NCBI RefSeq assembly: GCF_000020025.1
Contig: NC_010628.1
Coordinates: forward strand, 4,800,001 to 4,832,000
Origin: Nostoc punctiforme PCC 73102
Lineage (GTDB): Bacteria; Cyanobacteriota; Cyanobacteriia; Cyanobacteriales; Nostocaceae
Direction: 5' to 3'
DNA length: 32,000 bases
In this document: positions 17,170 through 26,199 of the stretch, in pieces
Numbering within the stretch: position 1 is the stretch's first letter
How the letters are laid out: each line of letters starts with the position of its first letter
Made by a program: the position numbers and the translations under genes
Notes under the pieces: generated by a model
Database searches by the model: none
What the model was told of the DNA's origin: nothing
The model's input: only the letters and a program-made list of their open reading frames with translations

Positions 17170-19428
17170 ATGACAATAAGTCCTCCGGAGCGAGAGGAAA
17201 AGAAGGCAAGAGTAATCGTCGATAACGATCCAGTTCCAACCTCATTCGAGAGATGGGCAAAACCTGGACACTTTGACAGATCCTTAGCCAGAGGTCCCAA
17301 AACCACCACATGGATTTGGAACCTGCACGCACTCGCCCATGATTTTGATACACATACAAGCGATTTAGAAGACATATCCCGCAAGATATTCTCAGCCCAC
17401 TTTGGCCACCTAGCCGTAGTGATGGTTTGGTTGAGCGGGATGATTTTCCACGGCGCGAAGTTTTCTAACTACGAAGCTTGGCTAAGTGACCCGTTAAACG
17501 TTAAGCCTAGTGCTCAAGTCGTTTGGCCCATTGTCGGGCAAGACATTTTAAACGGTGATGTTGGCGGTGGTTTCCACGGTATTCAAATCACCTCCGGTTT
17601 GTTCCAAGTATGGCGTGGTTGGGGGATTACAAACTCCTTCCAGCTTTATGTAACTGCGATCGGTGGCTTGGTATTAGCAGGCTTATTCCTATTTGCCGGC
17701 TGGTTCCACTACCACAAACGCGCTCCCAAACTGGAATGGTTCCAGAATGTGGAGTCAATGCTGAATCACCACTTGCAAGTATTGCTAGGTTGTGGTTCCT
17801 TGGGATGGGCAGGTCACTTAATCCACGTGTCCGCACCGACCAACAAGCTTTTGGATGCAGGTGTTGCTCTCAAAGACATCCCCTTGCCCCACGAGTTCAT
17901 CTTGAACAAAGACTTGTTGACCGAGTTGTATCCCAGCTTTGCTGCTGGTTTAGCACCTTTCTTCACCTTGAATTGGGGTCAGTATGCTGACTTCCTTACC
18001 TTCAAGGGCGGTCTGAACCCAGTAACAGGCGGCTTGTGGATGACTGACATCGCTCATCACCACTTAGCGATCGCAGTTCTCTTTATCGTTGCTGGTCATC
18101 AATACCGTACCAACTGGGGTATTGGTCACAGCATTAGAGAGATCCTAGAAAACCACAAAGGTCCTTTCACTGGTGAAGGTCACAAAGGTCTCTACGAAAA
18201 CCTGACCACATCCTGGCACGCTCAGTTGGCTACTAACCTGGCCTTCTTGGGTTCACTGACCATCATCATCGCGCATCACATGTACGCGATGCCCCCCTAT
18301 CCATATTTGGCAACTGATTACGCTACACAGTTGTGCATATTCACTCACCATATTTGGATCGGTGGCTTCTTGATTGTTGGTGGAGCAGCTCACGCTGCGA
18401 TCTTCATGGTGCGGGATTACGATCCAGTTGTGAACCAAAACAACGTCTTGGATCGGGTACTTCGTCATCGTGACGCGATTATTTCTCACCTGAACTGGGT
18501 ATGTATTTTCCTAGGCTTCCATAGCTTTGGACTTTACATCCACAACGACACAATGCGTGCATTGGGTCGTCCTCAAGACTTGTTCTCTGATACAGGGATT
18601 CAATTGCAGCCAGTATTTGCCCAGTGGATACAAAATATCCACGCCTTGGCTCCTGGTACAACTGCACCTAATGCCCTAGAACCAGTTAGCTATGTCTTTG
18701 GCGGCGGTATTTTGGCTGTTGGCGGTAAAGTGGCAGCTGCACCCATTGCTTTGGGCACAGCCGACTTCCTAATTCACCACATTCACGCCTTCACCATTCA
18801 CGTCACCGTCCTAATTCTGCTCAAAGGTGTGCTGTATGCCCGTAGCTCTCGTCTGATTCCAGACAAAGCAAACCTGGGCTTCCGCTTCCCCTGCGACGGT
18901 CCTGGTCGTGGCGGTACTTGCCAAGTGTCTGGTTGGGATCACGTATTCCTCGGACTATTCTGGATGTACAACTCCCTATCTATTGTAATTTTCCACTTCA
19001 GCTGGAAGATGCAATCAGATGTCTGGGGGACCGTAGATGCAGATGGTACTGTGACTCACATCACTGGTGGCAACTTTGCTCAAAGTGCTATTACCATCAA
19101 CGGTTGGTTACGGGACTTCTTGTGGGCACAAGCTACACAAGTCATCAATTCCTATGGCAGCGCGCTATCTGCATACGGACTACTCTTCTTAGGCGCTCAC
19201 TTTGTCTGGGCATTCAGCTTGATGTTCCTGTTCAGTGGTCGCGGCTACTGGCAAGAACTGATTGAGTCCATTGTTTGGGCGCATAACAAACTGAAGGTAG
19301 CACCAGCAATCCAGCCTCGCGCTCTGAGTATTATTCAGGGTCGGGCTGTAGGGGTAGCTCACTACCTCTTGGGAGGAATTGCCACAACTTGGGCATTCTT
19401 CCATGCACACATCCTTTCAGTAGGGTAG
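17170..19428 (+). CDS. psaA: Photosystem I P700 chlorophyll a apoprotein A1
   Basis: 752 aa. The N-terminus is [35 protein letters not shown], and the FX-cluster loop is [26 protein letters not shown] lies upstream of the ATG. Confidence 0.98.
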   Translation: MTISPPEREEKKARVIVDNDPVPTSFERWAKPGHFDRSLARGPKTTTWIWNLHALAHDFDTHTSDLEDISRKIFSAHFGHLAVVMVWLSGMIFHGAKFSNYEAWLSDPLNVKPSAQVVWPIVGQDILNGDVGGGFHGIQITSGLFQVWRGWGITNSFQLYVTAIGGLVLAGLFLFAGWFHYHKRAPKLEWFQNVESMLNHHLQVLLGCGSLGWAGHLIHVSAPTNKLLDAGVALKDIPLPHEFILNKDLLTELYPSFAAGLAPFFTLNWGQYADFLTFKGGLNPVTGGLWMTDIAHHHLAIAVLFIVAGHQYRTNWGIGHSIREILENHKGPFTGEGHKGLYENLTTSWHAQLATNLAFLGSLTIIIAHHMYAMPPYPYLATDYATQLCIFTHHIWIGGFLIVGGAAHAAIFMVRDYDPVVNQNNVLDRVLRHRDAIISHLNWVCIFLGFHSFGLYIHNDTMRALGRPQDLFSDTGIQLQPVFAQWIQNIHALAPGTTAPNALEPVSYVFGGGILAVGGKVAAAPIALGTADFLIHHIHAFTIHVTVLILLKGVLYARSSRLIPDKANLGFRFPCDGPGRGGTCQVSGWDHVFLGLFWMYNSLSIVIFHFSWKMQSDVWGTVDADGTVTHITGGNFAQSAITINGWLRDFLWAQATQVINSYGSALSAYGLLFLGAHFVWAFSLMFLFSGRGYWQELIESIVWAHNKLKVAPAIQPRALSIIQGRAVGVAHYLLGGIATTWAFFHAHILSVG

Positions 19429-19439
19429 CAATCAGTTAT

Positions 19440-19495
19440 TGAGTGCTGAGTACTGAGTGCTGAGGCAAAACTCAGAACTCAGGACTCAGAACTCA
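19440..19495 (+). repeat. Heptamer tandem repeats (STRR-like) forming a long hairpin in the psaA-psaB spacer
   Basis: The left arm tgagtgc tgagtac tgagtgc tgag pairs with the right arm ctcagaa ctcagga ctcagaa ctcag. This gives four blocks of 6 bp separated by single mismatches, with the 6-nt loop gcaaaa. Confidence 0.8.
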
Positions 19496-19548
19496 GGACT
19501 CTAGACGCTGATATTTGATGGCTAAAGGTCAGAGGATTTATTAAACCT

Positions 19549-21774
19549 ATGGCGACAAAATTTCCGAAATTTAGCCAGGATCTCGCACAGGACCCGACGA
19601 CTCGTCGGATATGGTATGCGATCGCTACAGGCAACGATTTTGAAACCCATGATGGCATGACGGAAGAAAATCTTTACCAAAAGATTTTCGCAACTCACTT
19701 CGGTCACTTGGCAATCATCTTCCTGTGGGCATCCAGCCTCCTGTTCCACGTAGCCTGGCAAGGTAACTTTGAACAGTGGATTAAAGATCCCCTTCACATC
19801 CGTCCCATCGCCCATGCGATTTGGGACCCCCACTTTGGTAAACCAGCGATCGAGGCTTTTACCCAAGCGGGCGCTAGCAATCCGGTAAACATTACCTACT
19901 CTGGTCTCTACCATTGGTGGTATACCATCGGTATGCGGAATAACGGCGAACTGTACAACGGTTCAGTGTTCTTGCTATTATTCGCTGCTGTATTATTGTT
20001 TGCTGGTTGGCTGCACTTGCAACCCAAGTATCGTCCTAGCTTGGCATGGTTTAAGAGCGCTGAACATCGCCTAAACCACCACTTAGCAGGTTTGTTTGGT
20101 GTTAGTTCTTTGGCTTGGGCTGGTCACTTAATTCACGTTGCTGTACCCGAAGCTCGCGGTCAGCACGTAGGTTGGGATAACTTCCTGAATACCCCACCCC
20201 ACCCAGCAGGTTTGACACCATTCTTTACAGGCAACTGGGGTGTTTACTCTCAAAACCCTGACACTCCTGGACATATCTTCGGGACATCGCAAGGTGCAGG
20301 AACTGCAATTCTGAGTTTCTTGGGTGGTTTCCATCCCCAGACAGAAGCTTTGTGGCTGACTGACATAGCTCATCACCACCTAGCGATCGCAGTTTTATTC
20401 ATCGTTGCTGGTCACATGTACCGGACAAACTTTGGGATTGGTCACAGTCTCAAAGAAGCATTAAATGCCAAGAGTTTCTTCGGTATTCCTGTTGAAGGAC
20501 CGTTTAACCTACCTCACCAAGGTATTTACGACACCTACAACAACTCCTTGCACTTCCAATTGGGATGGCACTTAGCAGCGTTAGGTGTTGTTACTTCCCT
20601 AGTAGCGCAGCACATGTACTCCATGCCTTCCTACGCATTTATTGCGAAGGACTACACAACCCAGGCAGCGTTGTACACGCATCACCAGTATATTGCTGGA
20701 TTCCTGATGCTTGGTGCTTTTGCTCACGGTGCAATCTTCTGGGTTCGTGATTACGATCCAGAGCAAAACAAAGGTAACGTCCTTGAGCGCGTGTTAAAGC
20801 ACAAAGAAGCGATTATTTCCCACCTCAGCTGGGTATCCCTTTTCTTAGGCTTCCACACCCTTGGTCTGTACGTACACAACGACGTAGTAGTTGCTTTCGG
20901 TACTCCTGAAAAGCAAATCTTGATTGAGCCAGTATTTGCTCAATTCGTCCAAGCTGCTAATGGTAAGGTACTGTACGGTTTAGATACTTTGCTATCTAAC
21001 CCAGATAGTATTGCTTACACAGCATGGCCTAACTACGCTAACGTTTGGTTGCCAGGTTGGTTAGATGCCATTAATGCTGGTACTAACTCCTTGTTCTTGA
21101 CAATTGGCCCTGGCGATTTCTTGGTACACCATGCGATCGCTCTAGGTCTGCACACCACCACCTTGATCTTGGTCAAAGGTGCTTTGGATGCCCGTGGTTC
21201 TAAGCTGATGCCCGATAAAAAGGACTTCGGCTATGCCTTCCCTTGCGACGGCCCCGGTCGTGGCGGTACTTGCGACATCTCAGCATGGGATTCCTTCTAC
21301 CTCGCTACATTCTGGATGCTCAACACCATTGGTTGGTTGACCTTCTACTGGCATTGGAAACATCTAGGTATTTGGCAAGGCAACGTAGCTCAGTTCAATG
21401 AGAACTCTACATATCTCATGGGCTGGTTCCGCGATTACCTCTGGGCTAACTCTGCTCAGTTGATTAACGGTTACAACCCTTACGGCGTGAATAACCTGTC
21501 TGTCTGGGCTTGGATGTTCCTATTTGGACACCTAGTTTGGGCTACTGGCTTCATGTTCTTAATCTCCTGGAGAGGTTACTGGCAAGAGTTAATTGAAACC
21601 CTTGTTTGGGCACACGAACGTACTCCTCTAGCTAACCTAGTTCGCTGGAAAGACAAGCCCGTTGCTCTGTCTATCGTTCAAGCTCGTGTAGTTGGTCTAG
21701 CTCACTTCACTGTTGGCTACATCGTAACTTACGCCGCGTTCTTAATTGCTTCTACTGCTGGTAAGTTCGGTTAA
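19549..21774 (+). CDS. psaB: Photosystem I P700 chlorophyll a apoprotein A2
   Basis: 741 aa. The N-terminus is [32 protein letters not shown], and the FX loop is [18 protein letters not shown]. Confidence 0.98.
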   Translation: MATKFPKFSQDLAQDPTTRRIWYAIATGNDFETHDGMTEENLYQKIFATHFGHLAIIFLWASSLLFHVAWQGNFEQWIKDPLHIRPIAHAIWDPHFGKPAIEAFTQAGASNPVNITYSGLYHWWYTIGMRNNGELYNGSVFLLLFAAVLLFAGWLHLQPKYRPSLAWFKSAEHRLNHHLAGLFGVSSLAWAGHLIHVAVPEARGQHVGWDNFLNTPPHPAGLTPFFTGNWGVYSQNPDTPGHIFGTSQGAGTAILSFLGGFHPQTEALWLTDIAHHHLAIAVLFIVAGHMYRTNFGIGHSLKEALNAKSFFGIPVEGPFNLPHQGIYDTYNNSLHFQLGWHLAALGVVTSLVAQHMYSMPSYAFIAKDYTTQAALYTHHQYIAGFLMLGAFAHGAIFWVRDYDPEQNKGNVLERVLKHKEAIISHLSWVSLFLGFHTLGLYVHNDVVVAFGTPEKQILIEPVFAQFVQAANGKVLYGLDTLLSNPDSIAYTAWPNYANVWLPGWLDAINAGTNSLFLTIGPGDFLVHHAIALGLHTTTLILVKGALDARGSKLMPDKKDFGYAFPCDGPGRGGTCDISAWDSFYLATFWMLNTIGWLTFYWHWKHLGIWQGNVAQFNENSTYLMGWFRDYLWANSAQLINGYNPYGVNNLSVWAWMFLFGHLVWATGFMFLISWRGYWQELIETLVWAHERTPLANLVRWKDKPVALSIVQARVVGLAHFTVGYIVTYAAFLIASTAGKFG

Positions 21775-21804
21775 TTCGACTGCTAGTTTTGTACATAAGT
21801 AATA

Positions 21805-21840
21805 AAAATCCCCTGCCGCAAGGTGGGGGATTTTTTTTGG
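21805..21840 (+). terminator. Rho-independent terminator of psaAB
   Basis: The stem aaaaatcccc / ggggattttt encloses the loop tgccgcaaggtg and is followed by a T-run. It begins about 30 nt after the psaB stop. Confidence 0.8.
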
Positions 21841-21874
21841 GTTTTGGGTAGGGAGGATGGGAAAAATAAAGAAG

Positions 21875-22449
21875 GGGGCGGGCAAGATGCCCACCCCACA
21901 ATAAAAATTACAAATAGTTTTGTATTCTGAATGCAAAAGCCAAAGTTGAAAATTTTTCAGAGAAGATTGCCTCATTGGGAGTTAGATGGGGCAGTTTATT
22001 TCATTACCTTTAATACTTGGGAAAAGTTAGAACTTAGCCTAGAAGCTAGAGAAATAGTTTTTAATTCCTGCTTGTTTTTTGATAAAAACAGATATCGAAT
22101 ATTTGTCCTTGTGGTAATGACAAATCATGTGCATCTGCTTATTCAACCTTTACTCAAATCGGAAAATGAGTTTTGGTCATTGAGTAACATTATGAAAAGT
22201 ATTAAAGGTTATAGTGCTAAACAAATTCCCAAAGTGATGAAACATCTAGGAACAGTTTGGCAAGATGAAAGATATGACCGTATTATTAGGAACGATGAAG
22301 AGTTTCAACAATATTGGGAATATCTCAGACAAAATCCTGTAAAAGCAGGGCTGTCATCAAGCCCAGAAAATTACCCCTTCTTTTGGCAACTCCCTGAATA
22401 ATCTCAATCATCATATTCTCTCTTGTGGGGTGGGCATCTTGCCCGCCCC
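21875..22449 (+). mobile_element. RAYT unit: a REP-associated tyrosine transposase gene bracketed by perfect 27-bp inverted REP-like hairpin sequences
   Basis: ggggcgggcaagatgcccaccccacaa (21875-21901) is the exact reverse complement of ttgtggggtgggcatcttgcccgcccc (22423-22449). Each copy is itself a 9/10-bp hairpin (ggggcgggca aga tgcccacccc). Confidence 0.8.
21931..22401 (+). CDS. REP-associated tyrosine transposase (RAYT, IS200/IS605 Y1 HUH family)
   Basis: 156 aa with RLPHWELDGAVYFITF, the HUH motif in MTNHVHLLIQP, and WQDERYDRIIRNDEEFQQYWEYLRQNPVKAGL (catalytic Tyr region). Confidence 0.8.
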   Translation: MQKPKLKIFQRRLPHWELDGAVYFITFNTWEKLELSLEAREIVFNSCLFFDKNRYRIFVLVVMTNHVHLLIQPLLKSENEFWSLSNIMKSIKGYSAKQIPKVMKHLGTVWQDERYDRIIRNDEEFQQYWEYLRQNPVKAGLSSSPENYPFFWQLPE

Positions 22450-22483
22450 TTTGTAGCCTTACATGTTATTAATTCTCTCTATG

Positions 22484-22514
22484 CTAATTTATGCTGCAAA
22501 GCAGCATAAATTAG
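22484..22514. other. Perfect 14-bp stem hairpin (ctaatttatgctgc aaa gcagcataaattag)
   Basis: Direct reading: 22484-22497 is the exact reverse complement of 22501-22514. The structure sits exactly on the 5' truncation point of the methyltransferase remnant. Confidence 0.7.
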
Positions 22515-22713
22515 ACCCCATCCAACATGTTTTCCTCAAGGATTCGCCGAGTTATTCATCAAATTCTTAACTGATGAAGGTGATATAGTTTTAGATCCAT
22601 TTGCAGGTTCTAACACAACTGGGTTTGTTGCTAAAACTCTGCAACTCCAATGGATATCTTTGGAAATTAACGAAGATTATGTAATGGGAAGTCGTTATCG
22701 TTTTAGTCAATAA
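22510..22713 (+). pseudogene. C-terminal remnant of an N6/N4 DNA methyltransferase (N6_N4_Mtase family)
   Basis: The in-frame translation IRPHPTCFPQGFAELFIKFLTDEGDIVLDPFAGSNTTGFVAKTLQLQWISLEINEDYVMGSRYRFSQ* carries the HP..FP segment and the AdoMet motif DPFAGSNTTG. There is no start codon, a stop codon (22507-22509) lies immediately upstream, and the N-terminal catalytic (DPPY) part is absent. Confidence 0.7.
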
Positions 22714-22778
22714 TCAAATTAAGTAAAGAGTCTGGACGAGGAGTTAAAATTTCTAACTCGTAACTCATAACTACTCAC

Positions 22779-22973
22779 TTAAATTTCTCCATTCACCTGC
22801 ATTTGGTGAACTCGATCGGCTAGCTCTTGACGACCTTGATCGTCTAGTTTATCAATAGCTAGCATTCCCATAAGAATCACTTCTTTCAGTGTTAAACGTG
22901 TCGAATGTGCCTGTTTTTGCACAATCTCCTTAATAATTGGACTGACACCAATCGCTGTACTAGCTCTAGCCAC
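22779..22973 (-). CDS. Doubtful small hypothetical ORF
   Basis: 64-aa ORF with a GTG start and no recognisable Shine-Dalgarno sequence or motif. It is listed only because it is the sole ORF in the islet. Confidence 0.2.
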   Translation of the reverse strand: MARASTAIGVSPIIKEIVQKQAHSTRLTLKEVILMGMLAIDKLDDQGRQELADRVHQMQVNGEI

Positions 22974-23679
22974 GGGAGAACAAACACTAATGATTAAGCC
23001 TAAATCTTAGCACTTCCAATGAAGTTATTTTCTATAGTTAAAACTTAATTTAAACGTGTTTCAACTCATACTTCTACAGACAAATATCAACTTGAAATTA
23101 AATATTACAGAACTACAACATAAGTACAGAGAATTGCTCTAATACTGGACAATCTGTATCAAACCCTAAATCATCCCATCAAACCTAAGAACCAACTTTT
23201 GGATGAAAATAAATTTAACTTTTGTTATACCAGCGCAATCTGTATAATTTATGACTGCATTATAGATGACTTTATAATTATCCCAAACCAGTTTGAGCGC
23301 CTAATTTTTTTAGAGCAAGTTCTTAAACATCAATAATAATAACCTTTTGCTTGCTTACAAAGAGCAGATCGTCGTATGATATCAACTAATCGCAAACTTA
23401 TACACACTTACAATATTTGTGGACACTGAGTTATAAAAAATGGTTTTTTTGTGAAAATAGTGCTTTAACTACCAGTATTTTCGCAAATCGGACTTGTATA
23501 CCACCGAAAAAACCGTACTTTAAAGAGATCGTAAATTGTCTAAGATAATCTACTCAACACGCTTTACAGAACTATACAGTGTAAATAAGAATAATAACTT
23601 AACCGAAGTAAAATTTTCCTGAATACAGGCAACTAATGCTGTGATAGGGAAAAGCAGTGAGTAGAGGAGAGAGAAAGCG

Positions 23680-24735
23680 ATGAGGGACCCTTATCTGTTG
23701 GCAGCAGGCTTGTTAACAGGATTAGCAATACCAGCATCGGCTCTTCCACATTTGTCGATTGTCCTGCCAGAAAGTTCTAGATTCCTGTGGGATTTAAAGC
23801 AAGGCTCGCAGACAATAGTAAGTAGACAAATCATCCCCAGCGTTGATCTCTCCTTACCAGAACTCAGTGGGCAAGCGTTCCAACCCCTAAAAAATTCGCA
23901 GCCGACGGTAGACGAGAAAAACGTCTCTAGCGTACCCGAACTCAGTAGTGAAGGATTACCAGCCTCAACAGAATCATTAGTCAAACCCAGTGCCCAAGCA
24001 GCTGGTATTTCATTGACATCTGGTAATCAACTTTACTACCAAAGATTGGCGGCTCTGAAAACAGGTCAGATTTATACGCGCGTAGATAGTGATAATTTGC
24101 AATCTTTGTGGGAGTCGATCAGGAAGCGTCAACTAACTTATGATGACTGGAAAAGTTTATTAGCTTTAGAAGCTAGAGCAATCGCTCAAGGTCAAGGTGC
24201 AAATCATCTAAGCATCTTAGTTGGTGATTCTTTGAGCATGTGGTTTCCTAGAGAAAAACTGCCTACTGGGAAATTGTGGCTCAATCAAGGCATCTCTGGA
24301 GATACTTCCAGTGGGGTTTTAAAAAGGTTGGGGGCATTTTCGGCAACCCGGCCGGATGTGATTTATGTCATGGCTGGGATTAACGACTTACGCAAAGGCG
24401 CTAGTGATGACACAATTTTGCGTAATTATCGCCGGATTGTCCGTCGTTTAAGGGATTCTCACCCAAAAGCTCAAATCATTGTCCAATCAATTCTGCCTAC
24501 TCGCCTAGCAAAACTTTCTAATAGCCGCATTCGTCACATCAACACCGAACTGACCCAAATTGCTAAACAAGAAGGCGCTAATTATCTAAATATTTATAGC
24601 TGGTTTACCGATATGGAAGGCAATATGCGTCCAGAGTTGACCACAGATGGTTTGCACCTGTCACAAGAGGGTTATGATGTATGGCGCTCGGCATTACAGC
24701 AGATAGAATACAAGGTAACTCAGCGTGAAGATTGA
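23680..24735 (+). CDS. Secreted or exported SGNH/GDSL-family hydrolase with an N-terminal extension
   Basis: 351 aa with a hydrophobic N-terminus (LLAAGLLTGLAIPASA) and the SGNH blocks VGDSLS, GISGDT, AGINDL and TDGLHLSQEGY. Confidence 0.8.
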   Translation: MRDPYLLAAGLLTGLAIPASALPHLSIVLPESSRFLWDLKQGSQTIVSRQIIPSVDLSLPELSGQAFQPLKNSQPTVDEKNVSSVPELSSEGLPASTESLVKPSAQAAGISLTSGNQLYYQRLAALKTGQIYTRVDSDNLQSLWESIRKRQLTYDDWKSLLALEARAIAQGQGANHLSILVGDSLSMWFPREKLPTGKLWLNQGISGDTSSGVLKRLGAFSATRPDVIYVMAGINDLRKGASDDTILRNYRRIVRRLRDSHPKAQIIVQSILPTRLAKLSNSRIRHINTELTQIAKQEGANYLNIYSWFTDMEGNMRPELTTDGLHLSQEGYDVWRSALQQIEYKVTQRED

Positions 24736-24796
24736 GCGATCGCTCGACCCTTAAAGCGATGTCTATGACGGGCTGCGCCTACGCAATTTTAGATTT

Positions 24797-25159
24797 ATGG
24801 AAATTACCGACAACGATGCCATCACCATACGTTCTCTAATTGAAAACCAATTGGCAGCCTTTAAAAAAGATGATGCCCAAGGCGCTTTTGCCTTCGCCAG
24901 TCCAGGAATTCAGGCGCAATTTGGTACCCCAGAAAATTTTATGCAGATGGTGAAGATAAGTTACCCAGCAGTATACCGTCCTCGCTCTGTCTTTTTTGAG
25001 AAGATAACAACCATTCAGGAAAACATAACTCAGCCAGTGCTACTACTTGCTCCTGATGGAGTTCCCTTGAGAGCTTTATATCTTATGGAAAAACAGCCCG
25101 ATAATGTCTGGAGCATTAACGGCTGCTTTCTTGTTTCTGTAGAAGGTAAAGAAATATAA
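24797..25159 (+). CDS. Small conserved protein, probably DUF4864 (NTF2-like fold)
   Basis: 120-aa ORF. The pattern IRSLIENQLAAFKKDDAQGAFAFASPGIQAQFGTPENFMQMV...YPAVYRP fits my recollection of DUF4864. Not searched. Confidence 0.5.
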   Translation: MEITDNDAITIRSLIENQLAAFKKDDAQGAFAFASPGIQAQFGTPENFMQMVKISYPAVYRPRSVFFEKITTIQENITQPVLLLAPDGVPLRALYLMEKQPDNVWSINGCFLVSVEGKEI

Positions 25160-25184
25160 ACTGGATCTCTATAAAACCAAAATT

Positions 25185-26015
25185 TTATAATTTAACGCCC
25201 AAGGCTTCCCGATTTAAAATCTGATTTAACTTACCACTGCGATAACCTTCCAAATCCAGAGTTACGTAAAGAAATCCAAAATCCTGAAATACAGAAACTA
25301 CTTTTTGCAAATCTGTCGTTAACACAAACTCTTTAATTTGTTCTGGTGATAATTCAATGCGTGCTGTATCCCCTTCCGATCGCACGCGCAAATTCTGCCA
25401 ACCCAGCTTTCTTAAGAAAATTTCTGCTCTACCAACTCGTTGTAACTTAGCGACAGTAATCTCTTCACCATAAGGAAACCGGGAACTTAGGCAAGGTTGA
25501 GCGGGTTTATCCCACCAAGGTAAACCGAGTTGTTGCGAAAGCTGCCGAACTTCAACTTTGGTGACACCTACTTCAGCTAAAGGCGATCGTGCCCCTCTTT
25601 CTTTCGCTGCCTGAATTCCTGGGCGATAATCATGCAAATCATCGGCATTTACCCCATCCACTACGTAGGGATAACCCAACTGCAAAGCTAAAGGTTTGAG
25701 AGTGTCGTGCAACTCACTTTTGCAAAAATAACAGCGATTAACCGGGTTAGAAGTGTAATTGGGATTTTCCATCTCATGAGTTTGGACGATTTTATGAGCA
25801 ATCCCAATAGTTGCGGCTTGAATTTTGGCATCTTCCAACTCTTCTGGCAACAGCGAAGGAGAAACAGCCGTGACAGCCAGAGCGCGATCGCCCAAGGCAT
25901 CATAAGCAATTTTGGCAACCAAAGTGCTATCAACGCCCCCAGAGTAGGCAATCAATGCCTGCTCCATCTCTTCAAATAAGGCTTTCAATTGCTCAAATTT
26001 TTCTGTCAGCATCAT
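25185..26015 (-). CDS. larE: PP-loop ATP-dependent sulfur transferase, LarE-like
   Basis: 276 aa with PP-loop YSGGVDS and a conserved Cys segment QPCLSSRFPYGEEIT. The overall size and order match the LarE / TIGR00268 family. Confidence 0.7.
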   Translation of the reverse strand: MMLTEKFEQLKALFEEMEQALIAYSGGVDSTLVAKIAYDALGDRALAVTAVSPSLLPEELEDAKIQAATIGIAHKIVQTHEMENPNYTSNPVNRCYFCKSELHDTLKPLALQLGYPYVVDGVNADDLHDYRPGIQAAKERGARSPLAEVGVTKVEVRQLSQQLGLPWWDKPAQPCLSSRFPYGEEITVAKLQRVGRAEIFLRKLGWQNLRVRSEGDTARIELSPEQIKEFVLTTDLQKVVSVFQDFGFLYVTLDLEGYRSGKLNQILNREALGVKL

Positions 26016-26079
26016 TTCCCAATCCTACTCAAACCCTATAGCACCCAACAATTTTTATTGTAGTCATTTGTTATGTTAT

Positions 26080-26195
26080 GGGGCATTGGGCATTGGGAAG
26101 AGGACTTGGGGACAAGGAGAATTGGGGACAAGGGGAAAGACTTGTTTCAAGTTCTCACTTATTGTCCCCTTGTCCCCTTGTCCTCCTGCCCCCTG
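26080..26195. repeat. Dispersed GGGCATT / GGGGACAAGG repeat module forming a hairpin
   Basis: ggggcattgggcattggg, then ggggacaaggagaattggggacaagggga facing tccccttgtccccttgtcc. It lies between larE and the hybrid kinase gene. Confidence 0.7.
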
Positions 26196-26199
26196 CTCT

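Noticed and set aside
17153-21975. About fourteen ORFs of 61-130 aa in alternative frames or antisense within or overlapping psaA and psaB (for example 17610-17990, 18918-19265, 19522-19914, 20128-20379)
   Set aside because: They lie within, or run into, two unambiguous, highly conserved photosystem genes. They show no motifs or ribosome-binding sites and have odd composition, so they are shadow ORFs.
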